From Amoeboaphelidium protococcarum X5 (Eukaryota; Fungi; Aphelidiomycota): 64,000 bases of DNA. The stretch covers positions 276,615-340,614 of the forward strand of contig JALDTO010000098.1 of assembly GCA_023515725.1 (NCBI GenBank). Reading direction: 5' to 3'. Below the pieces are notes generated by a model, which had not been told where the DNA came from, searched no databases, and saw only the letters and a list, made by a program, of their open reading frames with translations. This document shows, piece by piece, positions 1-14,215 of the stretch. Each line of letters starts with the position of its first letter. Within the stretch, counting starts at the first letter, position 1. A program made the translations under genes and the position numbers.

Positions 1-22
1 AACTAAAAAATCAAATTCTTAC

Positions 23-1453
23 CTCAGTGATTAAAGCGACATCAGACGTGACATTCTTCATTCTAGGGAAGGAAGCAATGACATCAATAGACACAAAGCC
101 TTCATCATCCATAAAGGATCTAAAGTACGTATCATGGATCAGATTCTCAATACTGAAATAGTACTCAACCTGACGAATGACAAAGTGTCTGATGGAGTCC
201 ATCTCCATGGCAGATTGCACATAAGCATAATATGCCTGAGGATTACCATACTCATACGCATAATTAGCTCCATAAGGTCCTGGCATCATCGCCTGAGGAC
301 CACCAGCACCAGGTTGACCTATAAATGGTTGCTGCTGTTAACCTTGTTGCATCATTTGTTGCTACTGAGCCACTGGAGGATATACACTGCCGTTGCTGTA
401 ATATCTTGGCTGACCACTATTGTAGCCGCGGCCGCCACCTCTACCACGACCACCTCGTCCTCTGTAGTAACCACCAGTATTGCTGTTGTTATAATAGCCA
501 CCAGAGGATTGACTATGAGTACTTCCACTCTAGTACCCATTACCGTGATAGCCAGCGTATCCAGAAGCTGAAGACACTGCGCGATCAGACTTTTGAGCAG
601 GCGACACTCTGGCAGGCTGAGATGCTCTTTAATCAGGCGAAGAAGAAGGACTCAGCTACTACTAAGAGCGCCCAGATGACGCGTTTCCACTGCCATTGCC
701 ATCTGCAGCAGAAGCTAAAGCTTTCTGACCATCATTGACTGCTACAGGGTCGGCCAATTGAATATCGCCCACTTTGGAGGCAATTTCATCACTCTTGTTC
801 ATATCAACAGTAGATTAGTCGAGCTAAGACTATCCACTTTAATCTTTAGCCTCACTAGCAATACTCAGCTCAGATGAGGATGAAGAATTTTATTACTTTT
901 CTGAAATTGACGCGCCAACTGATGTTTGCCCCTGTTACTACTACTACTACTATTACTATGATTACTACGGCGGCTATTGTGGAATCTTCAATTTTCTCTC
1001 TGCCCACACGTTGACAGCAGGAGTAACCGAAGGCGTCTATTGATTAGATGAGCTAGACTTTGGTGTAGTGTCTTTGACTAATTATTAAGAAGCAGAACCT
1101 TAATCTTCATCACCATCAGATTTTCGCGATTTCTAACTCTCAACGGGAGCGGATCTATGTGACTGAGATTTATTACTACTATTCGCATTTCTACCAGCTT
1201 ATTTAGAATTGGCATTCTACCCAGCACTTTACGACGTGTTCTTACTCTTAAGCAAATCTGCAAAACTCATCTTCTTCAATGGGGCGGCAGACGCCTCTTT
1301 CAATATCGTCGAACCAGTCTCATTAGTATTCTACTATGATGATTTACCAGCATTTGATGTCAAAGTATCCAATTCTTTTGAGGCCTTCTTTTTATCAGAA
1401 TGAACAATATTACTATCCATCTGCATAGGATCTCTAACTTCGTCAGTTGTCAT
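23..1453 (-). CDS. La-motif (LARP/Sro9-like) RNA-binding protein, first exon; continues off window after a GTAAG intron donor at 22
   Basis: La motif 'IRQVEYYFSIENLIHDTYFRSFMDDEGFVSIDVIASFPRMK' (ORF 11..289) is in frame with ATG 1453 when TAR=Gln; RG-rich low-complexity N-terminal part. Confidence 0.75.
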
Positions 1454-2498
1454 TTATAATGTTCGAGCGTGTTCAATAGAGATTCAAAATAGTAATGATA
1501 TAGCAATGTCTTCGAGAACAATCAAACCAGAGCTGTATGGTCAGTCAGTCAGTAGTAGCGATATTACGGGTATTCACAAAATGAAGGCTTTCAATAATAC
1601 TGCGGTAATATATTAAGCGCGTCTACACAGAAGGCAGGCAGTATACAGCGGGACTATATGAATGAAGCTAATATAAATTCACACACTAGAGTGATGACTG
1701 ATTGTCGCAAAGGAAGAATCAAGGCGGCCCAGCTGGCGAAGAAAATTCAATTTTCGGTTGGGTTCGAATCACTCGGCCGCGTACTCCGCTCAATTGCATG
1801 CATGCTTCCACATAACGATTGCGATTCGCGGGATGTAATTCAGATTAAATGGGACTCTGTTTTAAGATTATACAAGATTTTATTGATTAACTTTCAATAG
1901 TTGCTGCAACTAACTTTGTAGAATTATTTACCTTATTGAGTACGACTTTATCGCCATGATGGAAAGTCACTTTCGAATACGCGAAGACTTGTTTCGTTAC
2001 ATTCAGCCTAGCATTGCCTTGCATCAAACTTTTTACGGGCTTTGTCAATACATATTTAATTACACAATATCATTTCGATTTCTAAAGATCATATAAAGTT
2101 CTCGTGTTGAAGTTGTAATTCAAAAGGTCAACTTAATGGCTGGTGGTGGCGTGAAAAGGTTCTTGGTGAATGTGAAACAAAACAATATTGACTGCGATTA
2201 TGTTTGTTTGAAAGTAGCGCTACAATTTTAGTGATAATTTCAATTAAATATTTGGGCAGATCTTTCAGAATTCTGTAAACCAACCAATCAATCAATGAAT
2301 GATATGCTTTGTGTGGATTGATGCGCGCCTCTCCAATGATTTTTCATATTTCTTTCTTCAACTGCCTCCGTCTTATTTGATCATCATCACTCCTCTCTGG
2401 GTAGAATTTCCCGAATTTAAAAGAAAAAAGCCTCTGAAACAAATCCCATCACGGCTTCGAATACAAAGTATAAATTATTGCCTTGTTCCACTGATTAA

Positions 2499-3191
2499 AT
2501 GGATTAGGATTAGTAAAAGCAGAAGAGGGATGATGAGGTTGCTGCTGATGGAAAGTCACAGGTGCCGGTGGTGGATGGTACCGATTCACAGAAGGCTGTT
2601 GATGACGCAAACGTTGTCAAGTCCAATGTGGAGGCCGCACAGACTTCTGAGAGTACTACGGTGACGCCTGCAGATAAGATTAATTTGCGGCTCCTGCTTA
2701 CCAGTGGATAAAAAGCTGATTTTCTGTTCAATGCTTAAGACTCAATATTGTCTGTGAAAAATTTCATATTTGAACATTGGCCAAAAGGTATGCTACTAAT
2801 CCGTATTCTTTTAATAATTAACATCACAATGCATTAACATGTATTTGGATTAGGTAGACTGGTCGTCTTGTTAGGTGGAAAATGTGGATGTAATAAGGAT
2901 TCTGTATCGAGGAAGATTTTTGGAAGATAATTTGACATTTGAAAGTAGGCCTCTCGTATTGATTTATTATTGTTCAATATTTTCCCCTGCTTACATTGCA
3001 ATGAATTGTAGACTTGAAAATCGCATCTGGACAGACTACTACCATGCATTTGGTGCCAAAGCCTACTGTTGTTTAATCTGGAAAAGGTGAGTTTTTGTTA
3101 CACTCTTAAAGTCAATTAAACATTCATTCATGTTCATGTCGATTGTACTGTAGAGGATAAACGTGCTGGATGTAAATGCATTTGCTGTTGA
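2499..3191 (+). CDS. Membrane-anchored ubiquitin-fold protein (UBL3/MUB-like), 3 short introns
   Basis: Table-6 translation gives 'KINLRLLLTSGQKADFLF...IFEHWPK', 'IRILYRGRFLED', 'TTMHLV' and a Cys-rich C-terminus 'AGCKCICC' + TGA; GT..AG introns visible. Confidence 0.75.
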
Positions 3192-3583
3192 ATTGTTTCT
3201 AATTGTTTCGCAATAAAAATTATTTAAAACGATTCGGTGTTTCCTATTTGGTGTTGAAGGTTTTGCATTATTATGACTTCTTTCTCTGACAATAATACAG
3301 TGTATCTGCTGTCGAATTCCCTTCTGACGAGTAAGACGATGCTCAGAGTATTATAAAGCTGGCCCACTAGGATCACGGTCCATCTTTCTCAGCTGGCATC
3401 GCCTTTTCGTCAGTGTCGAACGCGTCTTGGAAATATCTATTAAATACTTCCAAAGATGAAAAACTTTTGCAGACAGTTTAATTTACTGTCAATGACTATA
3501 GTTAAAGTAAACGGCGCCGCTTCTTAGTCGCGCCGTGTTTTAGACTTTGAAACAACGATTGGATTACAGGCGAACGGCTAACG

Positions 3584-4634
3584 ATGAAAAGCAGGCAAAT
3601 ATTGAATGGCGGTGAATATGGCTTATAGATCAGACAGTCCGGAGATAAATGCGCCAAGCTGGCCGTAGTATCTTCTCTAGATAATGTTATAATCTTAGAC
3701 AGTGATTAGTTGAACGAAGAGACGCGTATAATGGCATCTGACTGCTCTTGTCCCATTGTTGATCTCTCATTTTTGGACAATAGTAATTTGGTTGTATGTG
3801 GCAAGCAGAAGCTGTAATTATTTGATTGTATGTCTGGTGAACTTAAATAGCTTACAGGTAATCTATCTTAACTTTATTTTTAAACAACATCTAATGACAT
3901 TATATGATGTAGATTCAGTGGCTACAGTCGCGCCTTTTACTGCTTGTTGTGCAAATGCGCGCTTCGTCTGTGCTGGTACTGAATATCAAAATTATGAAGC
4001 ACACGTCTTCATATGGGACGCGTTGTATCTGACTGATAATCCAAAGTATAAACTGTCGGAAAGCTTTGGGAATGATATTAGCTGTCTTCGATTTCATCCC
4101 TATTAGGACAATCTGTTGTATGTGTCTGCAACTGATGGATTGATTTCCATCATTGACATTGATCAACTTTCATCATAAACTTTTGGCGTAGATGGTGAAT
4201 ATGACAACGGCGAGGGAGATGCTCTGATATAAACACTTAATGTTGGTAGTAGCGTGGCTAAATTTGAATTCTTTGGATAGAATGTGGAATTCCTGTGGGT
4301 AATTACAGATATGAATTCGTTATAAATTTGGTGTGTGAAAACGTATCAGCTATTGTCTAATCATCGGTTTAGCAACGGAGTGTGGCCGTTATCTTGCATT
4401 TTTATCCCATCGTCTAGTATGCTCTTCTGCTTAGCCACGAGTGACCAGGAAGGTTAAGTTTTGATATATAAAGTCCTCTTGGATCATATACCTTAAGCTG
4501 CATAGTTTTCAATCAGCTCAACCTCGTCCATACGTGATATATTGTGGTGTGAGAATTAGAACGCCATGATTAGCATAACTGAAGATGGGCAATTATGTAA
4601 AAGTCTCGTATATTTTAAGAACAGTGCATAATGA
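3584..4634 (+). CDS. WD40-repeat protein (WDR89-like), probably one intron near 3858-3912
   Basis: 'LSESFGNDISCLRFHPYQDNLLYVSATDGLISIIDI' WD repeat resembling WDR89; ends TAA(Gln)-TGA. Confidence 0.6.
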
Positions 4635-4650
4635 TTAAATATATATAGAA

Positions 4651-5349
4651 TCATAGATATTTCCACTTCAACTTCAAATTACTAACCGCTGATATAACGC
4701 CGAGAAGAGCAACTAATTTAGGAGGTAATGGATATGACTCCAGAGACCAGTGAATAGCCATTGGAAGATCTGCGCATGAAGTTATTAGACGAAGCTTTAA
4801 ATCTTCCATTTCTCTGCTCAATTTCAGCACATCTTTATCCTCAGACTTTTCAGACTTCTTAGCGTTGAGCATCTAATTAAGGCTCACCATCTATTTCACA
4901 ATGGTGTACAAATCTAATACGATATACACACCCCAAGCTTGACAACTTCGTCTGGACCATACATCAGGATTGTTCACCTGCAATATCTTATGTATTCCAA
5001 ACCAATAGATATGCTCACATGGATAATACACCAACATTGACAGTACTTGAAGATGCTAAACTAAATCTTCAATGTTATTTGCCTAAAGTTTAGTTTCCCC
5101 TTTAAGATAGCTCTTAAGAATAGGTATATAATAAGAGAGACCAAAAAGTCTAAGAACCATCCTAGTATCTGAAAACGAGGTGACCAGATTAGATAGTCGA
5201 TTAGCAAGTGACCAGTCTCCCTGCTCTTTAGAACTCAGTGCAATCAACTTTGCTGCATACACTATAACTTTATAAATCTTGTCGATTCCCACCGCTTGAC
5301 TTGAAAGGGAGTTGAATTTTCTAATGGAATCTAAACTTAAAGCTGACAT
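4651..5349 (-). CDS. PEX11: Peroxisomal biogenesis factor 11 family protein
   Basis: 'GIDKIYKVIVYAAKL...FSDTRMVLRLFG' and 'ADLPMAIHWS...LLGVISAV' joined in one 233-codon frame under TAR=Gln; ends TGA. Confidence 0.75.
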
Positions 5350-5624
5350 AAATCAAGACGACGTTTTACTTTATACAAAATTTGGGATTGTTGGACAGAG
5401 TTGATGAAGAGAGAGAGAAAGAAACAATGAAATTCATCTTGGCTGATCTCACTTCAATAAGTGAGAAACGCGGACTGAAACAATCCGAACTGCGATTGAT
5501 GATGTATCCCATCCGACCAATCAGATGCCATGCTTAATTAAATCATACTAAAGCGTGGCTGTGCTATGATTTCTTATTTTCTATCACCAAATTGAAGATT
5601 TGCTATTTTATTAAAAGCTAGAAA

Positions 5625-6803
5625 ATGAGAGTATTTGGTCAGCAAGTGAGTAATCGCGATCACCTTGAGGATCTTGAAGATGAGGAAATTGCATCTTACG
5701 AGAGGATTGGGAGTGAGAATGAACCGCTTCTGCCACTCTAGAATCAAAATATTGATTAATAATCAACATCAAATAAATATAATAAAGCAAAGAAATGTTT
5801 TGTGATATCACTGTCCGTAATTTTGGCAATCATGATGATGCTAGCATTGGCAGGTGCATTCTTGTACAGCTATTATCTGCCGCGTTTAATCTAGGAAAAG
5901 ATGTCTGAAGCTTCGAATCCACGCGTGCACAATATTACAATAATGTCGATCACTGATGATGGATTCTCGGCTGAAACGTCTTTGCAATTGAGAATGAATG
6001 ATCCAAATCTGAAATATGTCAATCCTTAAATTGGGATTGGGTAGGCGTCATGGAGCGTTGAGTATCTGCAAGCAACGAAGTTGGAATCAAACTAATAAAT
6101 GATGAACGTACAAATTCCGAGTATGAACTTTATTGCTACGGATCCTCTTAATCTGACACTTTAGCTGACGGCCTCTGATATCAATTCTGCTCTTTTAAAT
6201 CAGATGCTAATGCTTCCATAAGAGGATGATTTAGGAAGCGACATGGTGTAGCTATCTGGATCTCCTCGCGTGTCTTTATTTGATTCTCGAGTATATTGGA
6301 AATCCATTGATTTGGAGACAATTTACAGCATTGATCAATCTAGCATGGATTTTGATATTGAAGATCTCAATCTGAGAGTGGAAATGCCAGAGAAGTTGAA
6401 CTGGTTAAAGCTGTTTCAATCGCGTCCGAAATCACCACTGAAGGTGACATTTGATCTTCCTGTTGATTTGCATTTTGATTAACTCGCCTACTTGGAATGT
6501 GATCTTCTATATGAGGCTGTCTAGATCGGTAACATTTCTGTCAGTGATATCAAAATATCTGGCATGCTCAATAACACTGTTAGCACGCTGCTGGAATTGG
6601 ATCTTACTAATGCCGAGGCGGAGAAGAAAATTGGACTTCTAGCCTATCGCTACTACCAAAACCAGGAGGTGGCTGTGACAATTCAAAACATTGTCGTCAA
6701 ATCAACGTCATCGCGAAAGTCTGTCAAGTGGATTGACGAAATTCTCAAAGGCGTTTCTTTCAATGTCAGTCTTCCTAAACAAGATCCTAGTGCGGCATTG
6801 TGA
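5625..6803 (+). CDS. Single-pass type II membrane protein (Tag1/DUF3712-like), hypothetical
   Basis: 393-codon table-6 frame; 'ENEPLL' dileucine-type signal, then TM 'FVISLSVILAIMMMLALAGAFLYSYYL' and a beta-rich luminal part; ends TGA. Confidence 0.5.
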
Positions 6804-7252
6804 TGAATAAAATTTGTAGTATATTGTACCGGTCTCGGTCTCATTAGTGTATTTCATCTGTGAATGTGATTAAATATATGCAAAGCCTTCATTATCTTTA
6901 AGTTTGCAGTTAGTGTCCTTCAACAGTTTAAAAAAGGCTTTTAAAGGCATACAATAGATAGATACACTATAAATATCTCGTCGATTTTAGATTGTACTGA
7001 ATGATGGTTTGAAACGCCGACGCTGCGGTGAAACCGAATCAGAAACGAACGCGTGGCGTCTCGGCCGTAACCTTACGAAAGAGGCGCAACCTTAGCCAGA
7101 TGAAAATCGGAGTAATTCGGAGCATTTTCTCTTTCCCAAACTTATTCATTCATTTGGAGAAGATTTGCTGAAGTAAGTTGCTCGTTCAAGAATCTCTGTT
7201 CCTTAGGTCTATTAGTGCTCTTTTATCTCTCTTTCGGTTATCTATATCAAAT

Positions 7253-7600
7253 ATGTCAAAGTTATTCATTGGTGGTCTGGCTTGGGCCACGGACAACGAT
7301 TCTCTGCGTGCTGCTTTCGAGAAGTTTGGTCAAATTGATGATGCTATTGTTATCAAGGACCGTGAAAGTGGTCGCAGCAAGGGCTTTGGCTTCGTCACCT
7401 TCTCCTCTGAGGAATCTGCTTCTGCTGCCATCAACGAGATGAACGACCAGGAGCTGGATGGTCGCAGAATCCGTGTTGATCGTGCTGGTGACCGTCCTCC
7501 TCGTCAGGATCGCGGTGGCTTCAACAGCCGTGGTGGATACGGTGGCAATGACCGTGGCTATGGCGGAAACGACCGTGGTTATGGTGGAAACCGTTACTGA
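7253..7600 (+). CDS. Glycine-rich RRM RNA-binding protein (CIRBP/RBM3/GRP-like)
   Basis: RNP2 'LFIGGL', RNP1 'KGFGFVTF', C-terminal RGGYGG repeats; ends TGA. Confidence 0.9.
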   Translation: MSKLFIGGLAWATDNDSLRAAFEKFGQIDDAIVIKDRESGRSKGFGFVTFSSEESASAAINEMNDQELDGRRIRVDRAGDRPPRQDRGGFNSRGGYGGNDRGYGGNDRGYGGNRY

Positions 7601-8069
7601 GTGCTCGGCAGTGGTTGCTCCAGATCTTTATGATCTTATAAATTGAGGGTTGAAAATACATTTTTAAATGGCGTATATGTTTGTTATCCCTTTTGCATAG
7701 TTTTCAACCTTATGATGAAAGTCATTACTAGAGTGGCTTGCTCATTGAAGGCAAACGACTTATGCCAATTCACGGTTCATCGAATTACGTTGGTGAATAC
7801 GGGGCCGTGAACTTCTCGATGAGTACGGGGCTATTTCGAATATTGTACGCTTTTCAAAAAGTCAGAAACTCTCAGTTATTTTTGAGGTATGATATTCCAA
7901 GTACAAAGCTCTAGCGCCTTAATTATGCTCAGTGATGATTAAATTACCGACCGACCTGAATATCAAACCATCTAATCACTCCACTTCCTTTCTTTAAATG
8001 ATGAAACCAAACTACTATGTCGAATTTAAATTTAATTGTCAAATTACAACATTACCTTTAATCTTTATA

Positions 8070-9480
8070 ACCGTAGCCACTAGAGTTGATTGCTGAGCTG
8101 GAGGACAAGTAATAGGAGGCGTTTGGACGATGGATGGCGATGTCTAGAAGTGAATGGCTCGCCCATAATGAATAACATGGGCATGATATCTTCCTTTACC
8201 TCGTGCATTCAAGTAATAAGATGCTGTTGACTGTTCATGATGTAATAAATCTTCCTTTTAATGAATGTCGCGTTGGTCTATCGAAGAGTGGATGCGTCAG
8301 CTAATAATATTATTCTGGATTATCAACGAAACTTTGATTTCCGTGTCTGGGCCGACTTTGATTAAAGTCTTGTGGACTTTATTGGTCTAATCCCTGATTT
8401 ATAATTATCGAACGAAATTTCATTGCCATAGCAGAGGTATGTGGGTGATGAGGCTCAAGTTTTAGCTTAATCAGATGGAATGATACTTGATGTAGTGTCT
8501 GAATGCTGCTGATCTCTCTCTGTTAACCAATCTTACGCGTATTTTGGTGCGAATTGCGGATTTTCATCTGCACTTACTTGTGCAGTAATGGCTGATCCCG
8601 ACCGTGTTTGGATATCTGAACAAGAGTAGAATTGTCTCGCGAAACTTACCATTGAGCTGAAAACTCCATGGTCTTTTGAAAGTCTCCATGAATTGATACC
8701 TAGGTATGAGTATGAGTATTGTTCGTTTGAGGCTAAAAAGGCTGGAAGTTACGAATCCGTTGAAAACATCAAGAGAGGTAAGACTATAAGAGCGGTTAAG
8801 CAGATTTATGGTTACATGACATTGAACCGCCACCGCTATGGTGTACTAACTATATTTAATGACACTGTGTTCTTACGCAAGATTGAAGACCCGTAAGAAG
8901 AAGGACGATCGGTGTTGGAGTGCTCACCAGTCGTGCAATGCTCTTAAACAAAACCGTACACTCCAATAGCGGCTTGGATCTACTTATTGTCTTTAATAGA
9001 AAGACCTGGTGACTAATGTATGTTCTCTCCTCCGCGTACTAGCACTTTGCTTAAATACATTTCGCGCCCTTTAGATGATGATTGCCATTGGACTAATATC
9101 ATCTCACGCGGAAATATTGGCGTCGTGGCCAGAAGCATTGGATACGTTTGATCATGAGGTTGAGGTGTACTAAGCTCTGGAGTCTTTGTAAGGCTTAGTG
9201 ATTCCCAAATTTATCTCGTACGGTACTTTGTAAGATGGAATGCAGGTGATTGTATTGGAAAATGTCGGATCGACAATGACAACTGAATAACATGAATAAC
9301 GCAAAGAGGAGGTGAATGAGGCTCTTAAAATTCATGCTTTGGGTTATGAACATGGTAATTTAGATTGCGGAATTTGACCATTGACAGCATCGGGCGCGTT
9401 CGCATCATTGATTTTGAACGTGCCGTAAAAAAGGCTGGCAATTAAATAAGTGAGCGGTTAGCCTTTGAACTCTCTTGATG
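8070..9480 (+). pseudogene. Crinkler-type effector (PD-(D/E)xK REase + kinase), degenerate
   Basis: 'ADPDRVW...LTIELKTPWSF...AVKQIYGYMTLNRHRYGVLT' REase motifs; kinase remnant 'HGNLD/LRNLTIDSIGRVRIIDFERA' split by a frameshift near 9365; in-frame TGA near 8510. Confidence 0.6.
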
Positions 9481-9570
9481 AACTGAATTAACAAAAGTTG
9501 CTTTAATGTAAAGATGTATAATGGATTGAAATATAACAATGATAAAACTTTTTAAGTTATCTTAATTTAA

Positions 9571-11142
9571 TCAAACATCGTTTACCAGTTAAGCCAACTC
9601 ATCTGATAACTCTTTCAGGCCAGCATTCTTCAACAAGTCAACGAGATTCTCCGTTTTCAACTTCATTCTTACATCAAATGTAGGAACTTTGTGATGCAGA
9701 GCCAACTTGCACTGATTGATAAGAACCATTTCTTTCAGCTAAATCTTTGATATAATACGCGCAAGATCAGAGCCATCATTTATACAGACAAATGCATTGT
9801 ACTCCTATTCAACCAACTCAAGTTCATCCAAAGCCATTTGCTAATATTGGACCAAAGACTTCAATGAACAAGGCTGACTATAAGCAAAGTTCATAATACA
9901 TTAGGCAGCAGAGTCATGCAGATTATGAAGAGAATAGAAATCATACATTGGCAACCACTCCTATTTATCTTTCAAATACTTTAGAAACTGAATTTCAAGG
10001 CCAGCACTAGCAAAGTTAAACTGAACCATTTCTTAATCGCGTTCCTCCTTCAACATCAACTTGACAAGTTTCTTCATATGAGCAATCTTGACTGATCTAT
10101 CTTGCAACTGGCATAAAGAATTAAATGCAACTGAGAATTAACGCAGCTTGATATTCAGCGTAAACATAAGGCTGTAAATCATATCCAAAGCTTTACTCTC
10201 CACTTGTTCAGCGTCCTTCAAAGCACATTATAGGGCATAATTGGCACAAGAACATAACGACTGCAATTATTACTAATCAGTTACCGAAGATTCCAGCTCA
10301 ACAATCTTCTACTGCACGAATATATGCTCTTTATCAGGTAAGTCGCGTCCATTCAGAAAAGTCAACACCCTTCTCAATGCATCACCGCCAGTCTGAGTGG
10401 TTTATTACTCCTCAGTATTAATATTTTTCGAGCAATTCTAATAATAATGCAGAGAAAACAGTACTATCTGCTAATCCAAGTCTTCAGGCATAAAATTTAA
10501 CATGGCCAGTGGATGACATAGTCCGTCATTATCTGCCAGAGATAAAAGTCTTTAGTCTTTTAACTCTACAGCTAACACACATAACAAGTATTGCAATTTC
10601 ACCTACTGCAGACGCGATAAAACATCCACCTGTAAAGCATCAGCTACAGATTGACTGGCTTTATCTGATTTTAAAGCATATCTATAAACGGCATAATAAA
10701 ACTTGACTAAACCAAACAGATGTGTTAATATCGCTTTGCCGCCAGTAGTTGCATTCTTAACATCATCATTCTTATTAAGCGCGGTATCATTATGAAGAAC
10801 ATTATCAACATCAACAACTACTGAGGCACCAATAAGAGTAAGCAAGTACTCCGTCATTGCATAATATAAGAACGTCTCCACTTGATCGCTCGAGAATGAG
10901 AGTCCATATTGATCATCAAGCTATGTCCCCATGTCAAACTTCTTTTCCAATACCGAAAGATGACTCTGCACAGACTATATATCCAAATAATCTATCCACT
11001 CTGCAGCATGTATTTACAGCAATTCAGACACCAGCATATACTATCCACTCAGCAACTCATCCAGAACACTCTCAAAGAACACCACAAATGAATCGAATGT
11101 ATTCAATATCCGATCTCTAATTAAATCTGTGAGTTGATCCAT
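9571..11142 (-). CDS. Helical-repeat protein resembling the Nup160/Nup120 C-terminal region
   Basis: 524-codon table-6 frame ATG 11142 to TGA 9571; 'IYSLMFTLNIKLRQFSVAFNSLCQLQDRSVKIAHMKKLVKLML...MYDFYSLHNLHDSAAQCIMNFA' aligns by eye to the Nup160 helical domain. Confidence 0.45.
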
Positions 11143-11738
11143 AAAGTATTTATTTTCACAAGTGATTACCAACACTCAAAGTTGGAAAAAGTGATTAATA
11201 AATATAAATGTAAAGGATTAAGGACTATTGGCAATAACTTTGTACCGAGTCGATCTTCTAAAGATCTCGCTTAGGAAAGAGAAATGAATTGATGGGAAAA
11301 CTTAATGGAGTTGAAGAGGTTACGCACAGAGCTCAAAACTGACTTTCCAGATCATCACGCGTTCAAAACAATTCTTCTTCTTCCCTGACCATTTATCTCT
11401 TTCCATCTACTATAAAGCTTTCGTACATTCACTGAAGTAGATAGTCATGTAGATTCCCTCATCGCTCTCTCTATCTCTTCTCTCTCTATATAAAGCCCTT
11501 CCCGTTTTTAAACACTTTGCCTTTCCGCGTGTTCTTGAAACAGCGCGTGCTCTTCTTTCGCCATCCGTTTCTCTCACGCCCTTCTCGTTTCCTCGTTCAA
11601 GTCCCGTTGTAGTTACACTTAATTGTATTCACATACAGTTATACAAGGCTAATCTTCCTCTTTATCAACTCTTATTACTGGATAGTTCCCGTCTTATACT
11701 AATACAAGCTTAGAGGCAATCAAGTGATAATAGGAATA

Positions 11739-14000
11739 ATGATTAGAAAGTTGCTGGTGGCTAATAGAGGTGAGATTGCACTGCGAGTCATGAGAACGTG
11801 TGAAAAGTTGGGCATCAAGACTGTGGCGCTGTACACTAATGCTGATGCCAAGAGTTCTCATGTATCTAGAGCTAATGAGGCATACTGTCTAGGTGAGACT
11901 AATCAGTACCTGAACATGGAAAAGATTATAGAGGTTGCGAATCGTACCAAGGCTCAGATGATCCACCCTGGCTATGGATTCTTGTCAGAGAATAGCAAGT
12001 TCTCCAAGATGATTAGTGAACATCCATCACTGACTTTTATTGGGCCTCCTGCACCGGCTCTCAGTGCCATGGGTAGTAAGGCAGAGTCTAAGCGAATCAT
12101 GGACAACGCGAATGTTCCGACAGTTCCCGGATACAATGGCGCCGATCAAGATCCACAATTGTTGGAACGTGAAGCTGAAAAGATTGGATATCCTGTACTC
12201 ATAAAAGCGTGGGCAGGCGGTGGTGGAAAGGGCATGAAAATGGTAGACAATGCGGCAGATTTCTAAAATAGTCTTGCCAGTTGTAAGCGTGAGGCTTAGA
12301 AAGCATTTGGTGATGATCGCGTGCTCGTGGAAAAGTACATCAAAACTCCGCGTCACATTGAAGTTTAAGTGTTTCGAGATGCGCCTAAAGATGGCTCAGA
12401 TCCCGCTTGTGTTTACTTGTGGGAGAGAGATTGTTCAGTGCAGAGAAGGCACTAGAAGATTCTCGAGGAAGCGCCTGCTCCGAATATCACTCCAGAGTTG
12501 AGATAAAAGTTGGGTCAGCTGGCTGTTCAGGCTGCAGATGCCGTAAATTATGAAGGCGCGGGCACAGTGGAATTCATTTTCGATGTTGATAGCAATGAAT
12601 TCTACTTTATGGAGATGAATTGTCGTCTCCAAGTTGAGCATCCTATTACGGAGTGTATTACCGGGGTTGATTTGGTGGAATGGTAGATTAAAGTGGCAGC
12701 TGGAGAGAAGATTCCTCTTCCTCATGGCTTGAAACAAGAATCTAATTTTACCAGGCGGGAGCAGTTGTAGAATTATATTAATTCGTAGGCTCGCGGTCAT
12801 GCTTTTGAGGCTAGAATTTATGCTGAAGATACTCGTGATGGAGGATTCTTGCCATGTTCTGGTGTAGTGAAACATCTGCGTGTGCCTTCTATCGACTAAA
12901 TCAGGGATGACTTTGGCTGGGTGAGACCTGGAGATTTACGCTTTTTTGACAGCGGTAATAAGTACTTTGGCTAGACTGAGAATCATAACGATTGGCTGAG
13001 AGTAGAATCTCATATCAAGGAAGGTGATGAAATATCGGTACATTATGATCCCATGATTGCCAAGCTTGTCACGTACGGCCGTGATAGAGGTGATGCTTTG
13101 CGCAAAATGAAGGCTATGCTTGACTAGTACGAAGTTGTTGGCCTGCAGACGAATATTGCGTTTTTGAAGAAGTTGTGTATGCATCCAGAATTTATTGCCG
13201 GAAATGTGGAGACTAATTTTATTCCAAAGTTCAAGTCTGATCTATTTGACGCACCTAATAAGAAGGCGGATGATAGAGCTATCCTCATGGCATCTATTGG
13301 ACTTTTTTAGAAGGAATTAGGAGAAAGTGCATTGGGATCCTTGACTGGCTTTAGATTGAATTCCTCGTTTACACGAAAATACTTACTAAAAGAAGGCGGA
13401 GAATAGTCGGTGCAGGTGGAGATTAGTAGAAATGTCGATGGAACGCTCAATGTCAATGTCAAGCGACTCTCCGCTGAAAGTGGTTAGGCGAGTGTGAAGG
13501 ATGACGGGGAAGACGGTGAGCCGATGTAATAGTTTAAGAATGTCGTTTTCACCAAGGATCCATAAAGTGGCAAATTGATTGTCAATACTGAAGGTGAAAG
13601 ACTTGAAAGTAGCGTCGTCACTGACAAGAGTAAGATTCATGTATTTGTGAATGGTCAAGAGACTGTTTTATAGCTGCCTTCTGCTTCTCAATACCAGGCA
13701 GGTGGTGCTGGTGCTGGATTATCATCTGGCGCCAACAGCAATGTTATCAAATCTCCTATGCCGTCAAAGATTGCTTTCATTCATGTTAAGAAGGGCGACG
13801 TGGTCAAGAAGGGACAGCCTATCATTGTGCTGGAAGCCATGAAGATGGAGCATGTTATGAGAGCTGCATAGGATGGCGTCATTGGAGATGTTCGTGGCGC
13901 TGTTGGAGACATGGTTGGTGATTCCCAGGTGCTCGTTACTTTTAATTAACCTTCTGCTACAGGAGCTTCTGGAGGTAATAATGGTACTCAGAAGAAGTGA
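11739..14000 (+). CDS. MCCC1: 3-methylcrotonyl-CoA carboxylase alpha subunit (biotin carboxylase + biotin carrier)
   Basis: '[11 protein letters not shown]', '[11 protein letters not shown]', 'GGGGKGM', '[11 protein letters not shown]' (last Q = TAG), 'YDPMIAKL', 'EAMKMEH'; 754 codons, ends TGA. Confidence 0.85.
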
Positions 14001-14215
14001 TAATGATCGAAACAAAATAAATTCTGTGCGTCCAATTAAAAGTTGACATTTTTAACTACTTGGTGATAGTTTTATTAATCACACATTTTGTCATCTTTCG
14101 CAATAAAGCTATACACGCTATCACACCAGTACTCTGCAATTCTCAAACTATGCCAACAAACCTCACTCACTCACTGACTCACTAAATCCAATCCTATATT
14201 ATCACAATGCAAATC

